NCBI RefSeq assembly: GCF_900187275.1 | Contig: NZ_LT906458.1 | Coordinates: 390,001-422,000, forward strand | Direction: 5' to 3' | Length of the DNA stretch: 32,000 nt | Origin: Pasteurella multocida | GTDB taxonomy: Bacteria; Pseudomonadota; Gammaproteobacteria; Enterobacterales; Pasteurellaceae | In this document: piece after piece, positions 1-9,413 of the stretch | Numbering within the stretch: the first letter of the stretch is position 1 | Layout of the letters: each line of letters starts with the position of its first letter | Notes under the pieces: generated by a model | What the model saw: only the letters and a program-made list of their open reading frames with translations | Told to the model about the DNA's origin: nothing | The model's database searches: none | Translations under genes and position numbers: made by a program

Positions 1-849
1 AGTGGTATTTAATAAATCAATATAGGTTGGTACTGGTCCTTTAGCAGTAGATAAGGAATCTACATAAAGTACACCACCGTATTTTGCTCCCGTTTCTTTG
101 GCAACTTGTTTTGCAGGTTTATCTGAAATGGTACTTTCACTGAACACCACAGGAATATTGTTTTTGCGTACTGTTTCAATTACATGACGCACTTGTTGTG
201 GTGTGCCTTGTTCTTCCGCATTAATTGGCCATAAATACGCTTCTTGTAAGCCATAATCTTTTGCTAAGTAGCTGAAGGCGCCTTCACTGGTCACTAACCA
301 ACGTTGACCTTCAGGAATTTTGGCGAGTTTTTCACGTAATGGTTGGTCTAATTGTTTGATTTTATTTGCATAATTTTCTGCATTCTTGACATAGATGTCG
401 GCATTTTTCGGATCATATTTCACCAATGCATTTTTAATATTTTCAATATAAATTAAGGCATTTGATGTTGACATCCAAGCATGTGGATTTGGTGCATCTT
501 TGTAAGGACCTTCATAAATTGAAATTGGCGTGATTCCTTGTGTCACAACGACAGCCGGTTTATCTTTCACGTTTTCGAAGAATTTTTCAAACCAACGCTC
601 AAGATTTAAGCCATTCCATAAGACGAGATCGGCATGTTGTGCTTTGACGATATCTTTTGGTGTCGGTTCATAATCATGAATTTCCGCACCCGGTTTGGTA
701 ATTGACTCAACAATGGCTGCATCACCAGCAACATTTTGAGCAATATCTTGAATCACAGTAAACGTAGTGACAACTTTGAATTTTGCAAACGCAGGCGATG
801 TAAAAATACCTAACATAATTGCACTTAAAATAACAGTTAAGCGACGCAT
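1..849 (-). CDS. yfeA: Periplasmic Mn/Fe-binding protein of a YfeABCD/SitABCD-type ABC importer (cluster A-I SBP); the C-terminus runs off the window edge
   Basis: My own reverse translation from the ATG (rc of 847-849) gives MRRLTVILSAIMLGIFTSPAFAKFKVVTTFTVIQDIAQNVAGD...AEIHDYEPTPKD...APNPHAWMS...WLVTSEGAFSYLAKDYGL...FSESTIS. There is a signal peptide, and long stretches match Yersinia YfeA as I remember it. SD TAAGGAGAA lies upstream. The frame stays open to position 1, which is why it is missing from the ORF track. Confidence 0.9.
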   Translation of the reverse strand, partial: MRRLTVILSAIMLGIFTSPAFAKFKVVTTFTVIQDIAQNVAGDAAIVESITKPGAEIHDYEPTPKDIVKAQHADLVLWNGLNLERWFEKFFENVKDKPAVVVTQGITPISIYEGPYKDAPNPHAWMSTSNALIYIENIKNALVKYDPKNADIYVKNAENYANKIKQLDQPLREKLAKIPEGQRWLVTSEGAFSYLAKDYGLQEAYLWPINAEEQGTPQQVRHVIETVRKNNIPVVFSESTISDKPAKQVAKETGAKYGGVLYVDSLSTAKGPVPTYIDLLNTT

Positions 850-961
850 ATCATTTTCTCCTTAATGTTGTTGGTTAATAAAGTCGCCTCGCTATTCTAT
901 GCTTAAAAAATAACTTTGTAAATAAAAATGATTCTCAAATTTAAAAATTTAACTTTTTGAT

Positions 962-1291
962 TTATAAACATTTTGCTGGTTTAGGTAAGCCAGCTAGTTT
1001 TGTCGCTTGTTTTGCCGGTCCCTCAGGAAATAAACGTTGTAAATAACGACTGTTGCCTTTGTCTTCCCCCAGCTTCTGAGCCATGGCTTTGACTAGCATA
1101 CGAATGGCTGGTGAGGTTTTATATTCTTGATAAAATGCACGGACAAAATAAATCACTTCCCAATGGGCATCCGTTAAGTCGATATTTTCTTGTTGGGCGA
1201 TAGCACGCGCGATATCTTCGTCCCATTGTGTTAAGTCGAGTAAATAACCATACGCATCGGTTTCAATTTGTTGTTGATTGACTTCTATCAT
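962..1291 (-). CDS. tusE: Sulfurtransferase TusE (DsrC/YccK family), tRNA 2-thiouridine synthesis
   Basis: 109 aa with DsrC-like architecture ([14 protein letters not shown]...[24 protein letters not shown]) and the conserved C-terminal Cys (PKPAKCL). A TATAAT (rc of 1325-1330) lies upstream. Confidence 0.85.
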   Translation of the reverse strand: MIEVNQQQIETDAYGYLLDLTQWDEDIARAIAQQENIDLTDAHWEVIYFVRAFYQEYKTSPAIRMLVKAMAQKLGEDKGNSRYLQRLFPEGPAKQATKLAGLPKPAKCL

Positions 1292-1330
1292 CTTTTTCTC
1301 AATTGACCTTATTTTTACGGCGTCATTATA

Positions 1331-1356
1331 GCAAAACGCCCCAAAAATGGGGCGCT
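1331..1356 (-). terminator. Rho-independent terminator after yccA
   Basis: Stem CGCCCC (1337-1342) pairs with GGGGCG (1349-1354) around a 6-nt loop. On the minus strand it is followed by a TTTT run (A-run 1333-1336 on plus). Confidence 0.6.
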
Positions 1357-1389
1357 TAATTTATCTATTAAATGGATTCGTATTTTAGA

Positions 1390-2052
1390 TTAATCTTCAT
1401 TGGATAAAATCGAGAAGATATTGAGTAAGCTAATAAATAAGTTATACAGTGATACGAAAATACTGACTGTTGCACGAATATAGTTGGTTTCACCGCCATG
1501 AATAATATTGCTGGTTTCGTAGAGAATACCCAAAGTAGAGAACACGACGAATAAACCACTGATGACAATGTAAAGCATTGGTGATTGGAAGAAGAAACTG
1601 GCAACTATACCGAGTAAGAGGACAATAAATAAAGCGAAAATGGTACCAGAAAGGAAAGACATGTCTTTCTTTGTCGTTAACACATAAGCTGAACAAGCAA
1701 AGAACACTGCCGCTGTGCCGGCAAGGGCTAAGACGACAATATCACCTGCACCGTGACTGACATAGACATTTAAAATTGGTCCTAATGTATAGCCTAAAAA
1801 GCCGGTAAATGCGAACGTAGAAAGAATCCCTAAACCACTGTTGGATAATTTATAAGTTAAAAATAATAAACCGTAGAAGCCTGCTAGCATCAAAATGAGA
1901 CCTGGGCGTGGTAAGTTTAGGCTCATTGAGATGTAAGCGACCACTGCTGAAAAAGCGAGGGTTAAACCTAATAAGAAATAAGTATTGCGTAACACTTTGT
2001 GGGTGTTAAGTAGAGATGTTTCTCTGCTATCTAGAACAATGCGAGATTCCAT
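1390..2052 (-). CDS. yccA: BAX-inhibitor-1 / YccA family inner membrane protein (FtsH modulator)
   Basis: 220 aa, polytopic. It is collinear with E. coli YccA as I remember it ([24 protein letters not shown]...[30 protein letters not shown]). Confidence 0.9.
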   Translation of the reverse strand: MESRIVLDSRETSLLNTHKVLRNTYFLLGLTLAFSAVVAYISMSLNLPRPGLILMLAGFYGLLFLTYKLSNSGLGILSTFAFTGFLGYTLGPILNVYVSHGAGDIVVLALAGTAAVFFACSAYVLTTKKDMSFLSGTIFALFIVLLLGIVASFFFQSPMLYIVISGLFVVFSTLGILYETSNIIHGGETNYIRATVSIFVSLYNLFISLLNIFSILSNED

Positions 2053-2221
2053 GGTATGAAGGCTCCTTTAGCAATGGAATAAAGATAAAACGATGGCGAT
2101 AAAGTACTGGTTCATCATTGAAAAGTCAATGTTAAAACGTAACAAATTTGTAAAAATTGAATAAATAAAATGCAATATGACTGAAATCTCAGCATTTGTG
2201 AACTGGGTCGGTATTTTTTCA

Positions 2222-2250
2222 TTTACTCAATTCATTAACTATATTATAGT
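2222..2250 (+). promoter_or_regulatory. Sigma70-type promoter for tRNA-Ser
   Basis: TTTACT (2222-2227), a 17-nt spacer, then TATAGT (2245-2250). A GC-rich discriminator GCACCGG follows, and the tRNA starts at 2268. Confidence 0.5.
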
Positions 2251-2267
2251 GCACCGGTCTACATCAC

Positions 2268-2357
2268 GGAGGAATGGTCGAGTGGTTGAAGGCACCGGTC
2301 TTGAAAACCGGCGAGGGTTTACGCCCTCCGTGAGTTCGAATCTCACTTCCTCCGCCA
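2268..2357 (+). tRNA. tRNA-Ser (anticodon UGA), class II with a long variable arm and encoded CCA
   Basis: Acceptor GGAGGAA/TTCCTCC; anticodon loop CTTGAAA; variable arm GAGGG...CCCTC; T arm GTGAG-TTCGAAT-CTCAC; 3' GCCA. The fold was checked by hand. Confidence 0.93.
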
Positions 2358-2471
2358 TTAACATTGATGAACAAATTATTGCGCCATTGATTGTCAAATC
2401 AGTGGCTTTTTTGTATGTGCTGATACAGAAAGAGCTGATATAGAAACGATTGCGTTTAAACAGGAAGATAC

Positions 2472-2503
2472 AAACAAAAGCAAGGATAACCTTGCTTTTG
2501 TTT
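2472..2503. terminator. Bidirectional hairpin between tRNA-Ser (+) and fdhE (-)
   Basis: Perfect 14-bp stem AAACAAAAGCAAGG / CCTTGCTTTTGTTT with loop ATAA. Both flanks are A/T-rich. Confidence 0.7.
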
Positions 2504-2514
2504 ATAGATGAAGA

Positions 2515-3444
2515 TTAGGCTTCTGGGTTTGGGAAGAGGAAAGGATTTAAGCCACTGCGTTGTAAGCCTTTTTCTTCCATTTCCACATCTAGGAAAATAC
2601 TAGCAAGATCATCGGCTACGGCTTCTACTTTAGGATCACGTTCTTGGTATAGTGCTTTTAAGTAGCTATGACAATCACCGCAACTTTCTGCTTTCACTGC
2701 CGCCATTTCAGAATCAAGAGACCAATAATCTAATTTACCCGTTTGGTCACAATTCGTACATTTTGAGCGAACCATATTCCACTCGGTTTCACACAAGGCA
2801 CAATGTAAGTAACGTAAGCCTTGTTCAGCGCCAAAATGAATCACGCTAGTGACAGGTGCAGAGGCACAAATTGGGCAAACATGAAGGTTCTCTCCGCTTT
2901 CTTTATGACTTGAATGCGGAATTTGTTGTACTAATTGAAGCCAGTAAAGGGAAAGTGCCGCCCAAATGAAAACAGCTTGATCACTGCTAATTTGCTCAAA
3001 TTCTTGAGCTAAGAGTTTATCCGCGATGCTATCTCGTTCCGCTTTTGAGTATTTCTCTAAGGTTTCAATCGTATTGAGAATCGTCTCATTGGCTTTGGGT
3101 TTCATTTCCGCCAAAATTGCCATTAATAAGGTTTGCCAAACAGGATCGCGCTGCCAGCGTTGAGCGTTAAGTGGTTGTTTAGCAAGATCTTCGGCAGAGA
3201 GTTTTTCTGCGCTTAAACGCGGGTCTTGCGCAATTGGTTGTTGTTGCAAGACAGCTAATTGCGCTTCGGAAACTTGGCTTGCAAAGTGAAGATAGTCTTC
3301 CAATGGATGTGCATTTGAAAGCGAAGTGAAACGTGCAATACGACGTTGATAGAGATTTTTCGGGTTTGCAAACAGGAGTGCCGGTGCATGAAATGAACTG
3401 GCGGCCGCTTTAATTTCAGAGTCGGGAAGAATTCGGATACTCAT
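2515..3444 (-). CDS. fdhE: Formate dehydrogenase accessory protein FdhE
   Basis: MSIRILP... is collinear with E. coli FdhE, including the CPxCG, LRYLHCxLCETEW, KCxNC and ESCxxC cysteine motifs. I chose the second ATG (3444) because the AAGGAA SD spacing fits it better and E. coli FdhE starts MSIRI. Confidence 0.9.
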   Translation of the reverse strand: MSIRILPDSEIKAAASSFHAPALLFANPKNLYQRRIARFTSLSNAHPLEDYLHFASQVSEAQLAVLQQQPIAQDPRLSAEKLSAEDLAKQPLNAQRWQRDPVWQTLLMAILAEMKPKANETILNTIETLEKYSKAERDSIADKLLAQEFEQISSDQAVFIWAALSLYWLQLVQQIPHSSHKESGENLHVCPICASAPVTSVIHFGAEQGLRYLHCALCETEWNMVRSKCTNCDQTGKLDYWSLDSEMAAVKAESCGDCHSYLKALYQERDPKVEAVADDLASIFLDVEMEEKGLQRSGLNPFLFPNPEA

Positions 3445-3469
3445 CATGTTTCCTTATTTTTGAATAAAT

Positions 3470-3517
3470 AAAGTGCGGTCGCTTTTAGAAAAATTTCTGA
3501 AAATTTGACCGCACTTT
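3470..3517 (-). terminator. Inverted USS pair, a possible terminator or attenuator between fdxI and fdhE
   Basis: AAAGTGCGGTC (3470-3480) and GACCGCACTTT (3507-3517) are perfect 11-nt inverted repeats separated by 26 nt. The long loop makes terminator function uncertain. Confidence 0.4.
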
Positions 3518-3534
3518 TATTCACAGAGTCGTGT

Positions 3535-4221
3535 TTATGGTTGGCTTTGGTTTTGTTGTTTTGCCAATTCTTCTTTTTCTAGTTCAGGTAGGACTTCTTC
3601 ACGATACCAACGAGGGTGGTGTTTTTTCGCCCAGCGAACCGTCACCCAGCCTTCGACCATACCACGAATAGACCCTTTGACCCAGAATGCCATATAGATG
3701 TGTACCATAATACCAGTGAATAACAAGAAGGCGCTGGTAGAATGTAACAAGATCGCAATACGGATAACCGGGATTGAGAAATTATGGGAGAAATATTGAC
3801 GCCACATAATAATGCCGGTTACAAGTAAGGTGATCATGGCAAGAATCAAGGTCCAGAACAACATTTTCTGACCAAGGTTATATTTGCCATTATCAGAAAC
3901 CGCATGCTCGTTGCCTTTTAATACTTCACCAATATTTTTTAGCCAAACCCAGTCGTTTTTCTCAGGGAAGTTGTGACGCCAGTAAATACGGCAAAGATTC
4001 AGGAACGCGACAAACATGACAATCCCCGTAAATGGGTGTACAAAACGTGCCAGTTGCGGTGTACCTAGAATTTCCGTTAACCAGGAAAAATCCGGGAAGA
4101 AGAATGCCAGCCCCGATAAACCGGTAATAAAGAAACAGATAACCAGTAACCAATGGCTAAGGCGAGCTGGCAATTTATGGCGTACGATTTTACGATCGTT
4201 ACTGATCTGAATCTTACTCAT
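3535..4221 (-). CDS. fdxI: Formate dehydrogenase cytochrome b556 (gamma) subunit
   Basis: [31 protein letters not shown]... is a 4-TM FdnI/FdoI-like protein with conserved His residues. I took the start at the ATG at 4219-4221, which has an AGGAGG SD. The longer track ORF (to 4332) would overlap fdxH by more than 100 nt. Confidence 0.85.
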   Translation of the reverse strand: MSKIQISNDRKIVRHKLPARLSHWLLVICFFITGLSGLAFFFPDFSWLTEILGTPQLARFVHPFTGIVMFVAFLNLCRIYWRHNFPEKNDWVWLKNIGEVLKGNEHAVSDNGKYNLGQKMLFWTLILAMITLLVTGIIMWRQYFSHNFSIPVIRIAILLHSTSAFLLFTGIMVHIYMAFWVKGSIRGMVEGWVTVRWAKKHHPRWYREEVLPELEKEELAKQQNQSQP

Positions 4222-5122
4222 GATTGCCTCCTGTATGCTCTTCGTGCTCCTCGTGTTCATCGAATTCTTCGGTATTTGGACCAATGGTGATGTAGTGAGC
4301 AATTTCACTGAGGATAATACCGCCCATTGCAACCGCTGCCACTGGTTTTAACACATCTTTCCAAACTTTGATGCTGAGATCAATTGATGGATCTTTCGGC
4401 AGACCAGAATAAAGTTCCGGTTTATCTGCATGATGTAACACATACATGACGTGCGTGCCACCCACACCTTCCGGATCGTAAAGTCCAGCGTTTTCATAGC
4501 CACGAGATTTTAAGTCAGCAATGCGTTGCTCTGCATAAATTTTCATCTCTTCTTTGCTACCAAAACGAATCGCACCGGTTGGGCAGGTTTTCACACAAGC
4601 GGGTTCTTGACCCACGGTGACACGGTCCACACAAAGTGTACATTTATAGACACGATTATCATCTGGGTTCATGCGTGGTACGTTAAATGGACAACCCGCA
4701 ATGCAATAGCCACAGCCGATACATTTATCCGATTGGAAATCCACAATACCATTCGCATACTGGATAATGGCACCTGGTGCTGGACAGGATTTTAAACAAC
4801 CCGGTTCGGCACAATGCATACAACCATCTTTACGGATTAGCCATTCTAAGCGGTCGTTTTCTTCCACTTCGTTGAATTTCATCACCGTCCAAGCTTTGGC
4901 ATTTAAATCGGTCGGGTTATCGTAAACACCGACACAGGCTTCAGGCTCGGCACGGATATCATTCCACTCTGAACATCCCACCTGACAGGCTTTACAGCCG
5001 ATACAGGTGGTGACATCGATCAGTTTTGCCACTTCAACTTGATGCTCACGCGCTTGTGGTGGTGGCGTTAAGCTTGATGTTGCAGAGGCTTTAATAATGT
5101 TTTGAGATTGTACTACACCCAT
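4214..5122 (-). CDS. fdxH: Formate dehydrogenase iron-sulfur (beta) subunit
   Basis: It carries four ferredoxin-type clusters ([44 protein letters not shown]...ACVKTCP) and a C-terminal TM anchor. I set the start at MGVVQSQ (ATG 5120-5122), immediately after the fdxG stop. Confidence 0.9.
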   Translation of the reverse strand: MGVVQSQNIIKASATSSLTPPPQAREHQVEVAKLIDVTTCIGCKACQVGCSEWNDIRAEPEACVGVYDNPTDLNAKAWTVMKFNEVEENDRLEWLIRKDGCMHCAEPGCLKSCPAPGAIIQYANGIVDFQSDKCIGCGYCIAGCPFNVPRMNPDDNRVYKCTLCVDRVTVGQEPACVKTCPTGAIRFGSKEEMKIYAEQRIADLKSRGYENAGLYDPEGVGGTHVMYVLHHADKPELYSGLPKDPSIDLSIKVWKDVLKPVAAVAMGGIILSEIAHYITIGPNTEEFDEHEEHEEHTGGNHE

Positions 5123-5123
5123 T

Positions 5124-8100
5124 TTACGCCCCCACTTTCTCAATATTGACTAACATACATTTAGATTCTGGTGTTTGTGTATTCGCATCACCAGTACGAA
5201 CAGTTAAGTTGTTGGCGAAGAAACCTTTTTTTGCACCAGTCGTTGCGGCAAAGCCCCAGTGAATAGGAATTCCGACGGTATGAATTGGCTTGCCGTCAGA
5301 CACTAAAGCACGGATACGTTTGGTCACCACAGCAACGGCTTTAATATAACCGCGTTTTGAGCTGACTTTCACGATATCGCCATGTTTAATGCCTTTTTCA
5401 GCCGCCAAGGCTTCACCAATCTCAACAAATTGTTCTGGTTGTGCAATCACGTTCAGTAATACGTTTTTCGTCCAATAATGGAAGTGTTCGGTTAAACGGT
5501 AAGTCGTACCCACATATGGGAAATCCGCACTTGTTCCCAGATCTTCTTTATCGCTGGCTAAAATCCGTGCAACTGGACTTGATACCACATTTGGATGAAG
5601 TGGGTTAGTACCAATTGGTGTTTCCATTGGTTCATAGTGTTCTGGGAATGGACCATCAGCCATACGTTCACGTACGAACAAACCACTTACCCCTTCTGGT
5701 TGCATGATAAATGGCATAACCGGGCTATTAGGTGGGGCAGTACCGTAGTCGGCAACATCCACATAGTTCCAGTTTTTACCGTTCCACTTGATCAATTGAC
5801 GTTTCGGGTTAAATGGATTACCGGCTAAGTCTGCACCTGCACGGTTATAAAGAATACGGCGGTTTAATGGCCAAGCAAATGCCCAACCTAGCGTATTTCC
5901 TAAGTTCGATGGGTCAGCGTTATCACGGTTTGCCATTTGGTTACCTTTTTCGGTCCATTGTCCCGTGTAAATCCAGCAAGCCCCTGATGTCGTACCATCA
6001 TCACGCATTTGTGCAAAGCTCGACAATAACTGACCTTTTTTCAAGATAATGTTGCCGTCTGCATCTTTGATGTCTTCTAATGCGTAACCATTATTCTCTT
6101 TTGCGACTTCTTCCGCTTTTGGCTCAAGTGGGTTTGCATAATCCCAGCTCATTGCTTCTAGCGGCTCAAGTGGAGCTTTTCCGCCTTCTGTTTTATATAG
6201 ATGGATAAGCTCAGCACGCAATTCAGAAAGAATTTCACCGTCAGTTTTGGCTTCACCCGGTGGCTCCGCGCCTTTCCAGTGCCATTGTAGCCAACGACCA
6301 GAGTTCGCAATGGAACCATCTTCTTCGACGAAGCAGGTTGTTGGTAAACGGAATACTTCAGTTTGAATCTCTTCGGTTTTCACATCATTAAATTCACCGT
6401 AGTTTTTCCAGAATTCAGAGGTATCGGTGATTAATGGGTCAAAAATCACTAAATATTTTAGTTTACTTAAGGCTTTAATGATTTTTTGTGAGTTAGCGTA
6501 AGAGGCAACTGGGTTCATCCCTTGGCAGAAGAAACCATTCACTTTACCGTTATACATGTCTTCGATGTAACGGAATTGGTCGGTACCACCTTTAGGTAAT
6601 TTTGGTAAATAGTGATAACCAAATTCGTTATCTTGCGTACCTTTATCACCATAGAAGGATTTCAGCATACTGACCATGAATTTTGGTGTATTTTTCCAAT
6701 AGTTCACCTGATCGTTCATCATGGTTTTTGGTGTGATACGATCCAAGAACGACTGTAAGCTTTTATCAGCTTCTGTTGGTAATGGAATATATGCAGGTAA
6801 ACGATTTGGGAATAAGCCTAAATCTGTAATCCCTTGTACGTTTGAGTGACCACGTAATGCATTCACACCACCACCCGATACACCAATGTTACCGAGTAAT
6901 AATTGGATCATCGCCATGGTTCGAATATTTTGTGAACCAACGGTATGTTGAGTCCAACCTAATGCATAAAGGAATGTTGCTGCTTTATCTGGCGCAGAGG
7001 TTTTAGCAATTTCTTCACAGAAGATTTGGAAGTCTTTCTGTGGTGTGCCAGTAATACGTTCTACCATTTCTGGTGTATAGCGTTCCACATGTTCACGTAG
7101 CATATTGATCACACAGCGTGGATCTTGCATATCCATATCACGTTTTGGCTGACCATTTTCATCAAATTGGTAAGCCCAAGTGGAGCGGTCATACTTGCGT
7201 GTGGCTTCGTCATAACCAGAGAATAGCCCGTCTTCAAATTTGAAGTTTTCATTCACGAGGAAGGTGGCATTGGTATAGTGTTTCACATATTCGTGTTGGA
7301 TTTTATCGTTTTTCAACAAATAGCGAATCACCCCAGATAGGAACGCAATATCCGTACCTGGACGAAGAGGCATATAAATATCAGCGACAGCTGCAGTACG
7401 GTTAAAACGAGGATCGACCACCATCAGTTTGGCACCGTTTTGTTTTTTGGCTTCAATCGCCCAACGGAACCCAACAGGGTGTGCTTCTGCTGCGTTACCG
7501 CCCATAACAATCACTAAATCTGCGTTTTTAATATCAACCCAGTGGTTGGTCATCGCACCGCGACCAAATGATGGAGCAAGACTTGCTACCGTTGGTCCGT
7601 GTCAGATACTCGCTTGGTTGTCGGTAAAGATAATACCGAGAGAACGCACAAATTTTTGTGTAAGGATGCCGGTTTCGTTACTACATGCCGAACCCGCTAA
7701 GAAGCCTGCTGTCATCCAACGATTGACCGGCTCACCTGCGTCATTTTTTTCAACGAAGTTAGCATCACGGTCATCTTTGATGTGACGAGCAATACGCTCA
7801 ATGGCTTCGTGCCATGAAATCCGTTTCCATTCTTTTGAACCGGCTTCACGCACTTCAGGGTATTTAACACGACGGTCACTATTGACATAGTCTAAAGCAC
7901 CTGCCCCTTTTGGACATAAGGCACCGCGACTAACTGGATGATCGGGGTCGCCCTCGATATGAAAGAGTTTGCCTTTGCTGTTTTTTGAGCCATCACCCAA
8001 GCTGTACAACAACATACCACAACCAACAGCGCAATAAGTACAGGTATTACGCGTTTCTTTGGCGCGTAATAATTTGTAATTGCGAGGCGCTGCTAACGCT

Positions 8101-8189
8101 TCTGTTGGCGCAAAGCCTAACATTGCCGCAGATGTCCCCGCCATTCCCCCTGCACAGATCTTGAAGAACTTTCTTCTACTGACCTGCAT
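5124..8189 (-). CDS. fdxG: Formate dehydrogenase catalytic (alpha) molybdopterin subunit; selenocysteine is encoded by the in-frame UGA at 7602-7604
   Basis: The two track ORFs (7602-8189 and 5124-7553) are in the same frame, and the total length of 3066 nt is divisible by 3. The N-terminus has a Tat signal ([12 protein letters not shown]). The context [28 protein letters not shown] matches the E. coli FdnG selenocysteine site (..[25 protein letters not shown]) as I remember it. Confidence 0.9.
7556..7601 (-). promoter_or_regulatory. SECIS element directing Sec insertion at the fdxG UGA
   Basis: The mRNA after the UGA reads CACGGACCAACGGUAGCAAGUCUUGCUCCAUCAUUUGGUCGCGGUG. The lower stem is GACCAA/UUGGUC. 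The apical stem is GG(U)AGCA/UGCUCC with a bulged U and a GU-containing loop, resembling the E. coli fdhF SECIS apex GGUUGCAGGUCUGCACC. Confidence 0.7.
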
Positions 8190-8431
8190 AGATAATACTC
8201 CTTAGCGTAACAAAAATTTTGTTAGCATTTGATAGTCGTAAACACGTTAAATAGATAATTAAATATTTTGACTTGTTTTTCACTTGTTAAAATTGTATTA
8301 CAATCGCCACAAGCGTTGAATTGTTGATATGCGTCTTACGAAGTAAATTACCAGCAATTAAAACACCTTTTAGGATACCGATTTTTTAGTGGTAAATCTA
8401 TAACCAATTACCATTAATAAGGAAAAATATT

Positions 8432-9253
8432 TTGAACTGGATCACAAAATTTACAGTTAATTTTTTTTGCAAATTAACAAAAAAGCAACAAATAAAAAAC
8501 AAAACAACAACTTATGAAGCAAAACAAGAAAATCTTGCAACAGAGGTTCCTGTTGCCCTTGTTTATAATGGGATTTCTCATACGGTGATGATGTGTTCAC
8601 CGGAAAATTTAGCGGATTTTGCCATGGGATTTTCGTTGGCAGAAGGCATTATTGATAAGCCAAGTGATATTTATGGTATTGATGTGGTTCCTGCCTGCCA
8701 GGGGATTGAAGTGCAAATTGAACTTGCCACCCGTTGTTTTGTACGCCTCAAAGCACAACGACGTACATTAGCGGGGCGGACTGGTTGCGGTATTTGTGGT
8801 ACTGAGCAATTACAGCAGGTGCACAAAAATTTACCTCCGTTAGAACGCACTATCCAGTTTGATTTAAACCGCCTAGATGCTTGCTTAATTCAACTGCAAC
8901 AAGCACAAGTATTAGGGCAACAAACCGGTTCAACGCATGCAGCGGGGTTTTTTGATCTCGCAGGAAATTTGCTGTGCCTACGTGAAGATGTCGGGCGTCA
9001 TGTGGCATTAGATAAATTATTAGGTTGGCATGCGAAACAGCCTGCCACAAAAGGGTTTGTATTGGTGACCAGTCGAGCTAGTTATGAAATGGTGCAAAAA
9101 ACAGCAGCCTGTGGCATTGAAATGCTAATTGCCATTTCTGCAGCGACTGAACTCGCAGTGAACATGGCAGAACAATACCAATTAACCTTAGTTGGCTTTG
9201 CACGAGAAGGCAGAGCAACAGTCTATACAGGAAAAGAGCGGTTGTTTTTTTGA
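8432..9253 (+). CDS. fdhD: FdhD sulfurtransferase required for formate dehydrogenase activity
   Basis: [20 protein letters not shown]...[10 protein letters not shown]...GSTHAAG...[14 protein letters not shown]...[11 protein letters not shown] is collinear with E. coli FdhD. It needs a non-ATG (TTG) start because no in-frame ATG lies upstream of the conserved region. The gene is divergent from fdxG. Confidence 0.85.
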   Translation: MNWITKFTVNFFCKLTKKQQIKNKTTTYEAKQENLATEVPVALVYNGISHTVMMCSPENLADFAMGFSLAEGIIDKPSDIYGIDVVPACQGIEVQIELATRCFVRLKAQRRTLAGRTGCGICGTEQLQQVHKNLPPLERTIQFDLNRLDACLIQLQQAQVLGQQTGSTHAAGFFDLAGNLLCLREDVGRHVALDKLLGWHAKQPATKGFVLVTSRASYEMVQKTAACGIEMLIAISAATELAVNMAEQYQLTLVGFAREGRATVYTGKERLFF

Positions 9254-9263
9254 GAATTTTCTC

Positions 9264-9290
9264 TATAATCCCACTGTATAAAAAAACAGT
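9264..9290 (+). promoter_or_regulatory. uvrD promoter -10 (TATAAT 9264-9269) followed directly by a LexA (SOS) box, ACTGTATAAAAAAACAGT (9273-9290)
   Basis: The box is a perfect CTGT-N8-ACAG with an all-A/T spacer. It lies about 125 nt upstream of the uvrD ATG and abuts a consensus -10 hexamer. Confidence 0.7.
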
Positions 9291-9413
9291 TTGGTGAGTC
9301 TAAATCGCGTAAGCAAGGTAGGCATAGTCTGCCTTGTTGCTTTTATGGCGGCTGCTAAGCGACAAAAACATAGCATTCCTGAACTGAGATGAAAACAGAA
9401 GGCAGATGACAGA

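Noticed and set aside
2177-2443. 88-aa plus-strand ORF.
   Set aside because: It is laid directly over the tRNA-Ser gene (2268-2357) and its promoter. I see no SD for it, and its apparent coding signal is just the tRNA sequence.
3535-5143. Longer N-terminal extensions given by the ORF track for fdxI (to 4332) and fdxH (to 5143); the same issue applies to yrbG (to 30758) and the DUF1007 protein (from 28057).
   Set aside because: The extensions overlap upstream genes or promoter elements, lack an SD, and add residues that homologues do not have. Internal ATGs with good SDs give lengths that match the homologues.
5595-6049. Antisense ORFs of about 60-120 aa inside larger genes. These are 5595-5828, 5813-6049, 7429-7785, 4526-4795, 4016-4210, 3962-4153, 1368-1604, 1490-1696, 2652-2849, 8850-9050, 10099-10299, 12168-12485, 12765-12959, 13673-13975, 13869-14105, 17439-17696, 18158-18445, 18570-18797, 20910-21128, 21123-21320, 22308-23129, 26006-26348, 26655-27140, 28358-28621, 28898-29113, 29170-29376, 29480-29782, 29920-30102, 30460-30651 and 31543-31740.
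   Set aside because: All are embedded in, or antisense to, well-supported conserved genes. Their amino-acid compositions are odd (Cys/Trp/His-rich or low complexity), and none has a start context that I found convincing.
5124-8189. The fdxG alpha subunit appears split into two ORFs (7602-8189 and 5124-7553), which could mean a pseudogene.
   Set aside because: The two parts are in the same frame and separated by a single TGA at the known selenocysteine position. The flanking residues are conserved and a SECIS-like hairpin follows. I therefore annotate it as one Sec-containing CDS.
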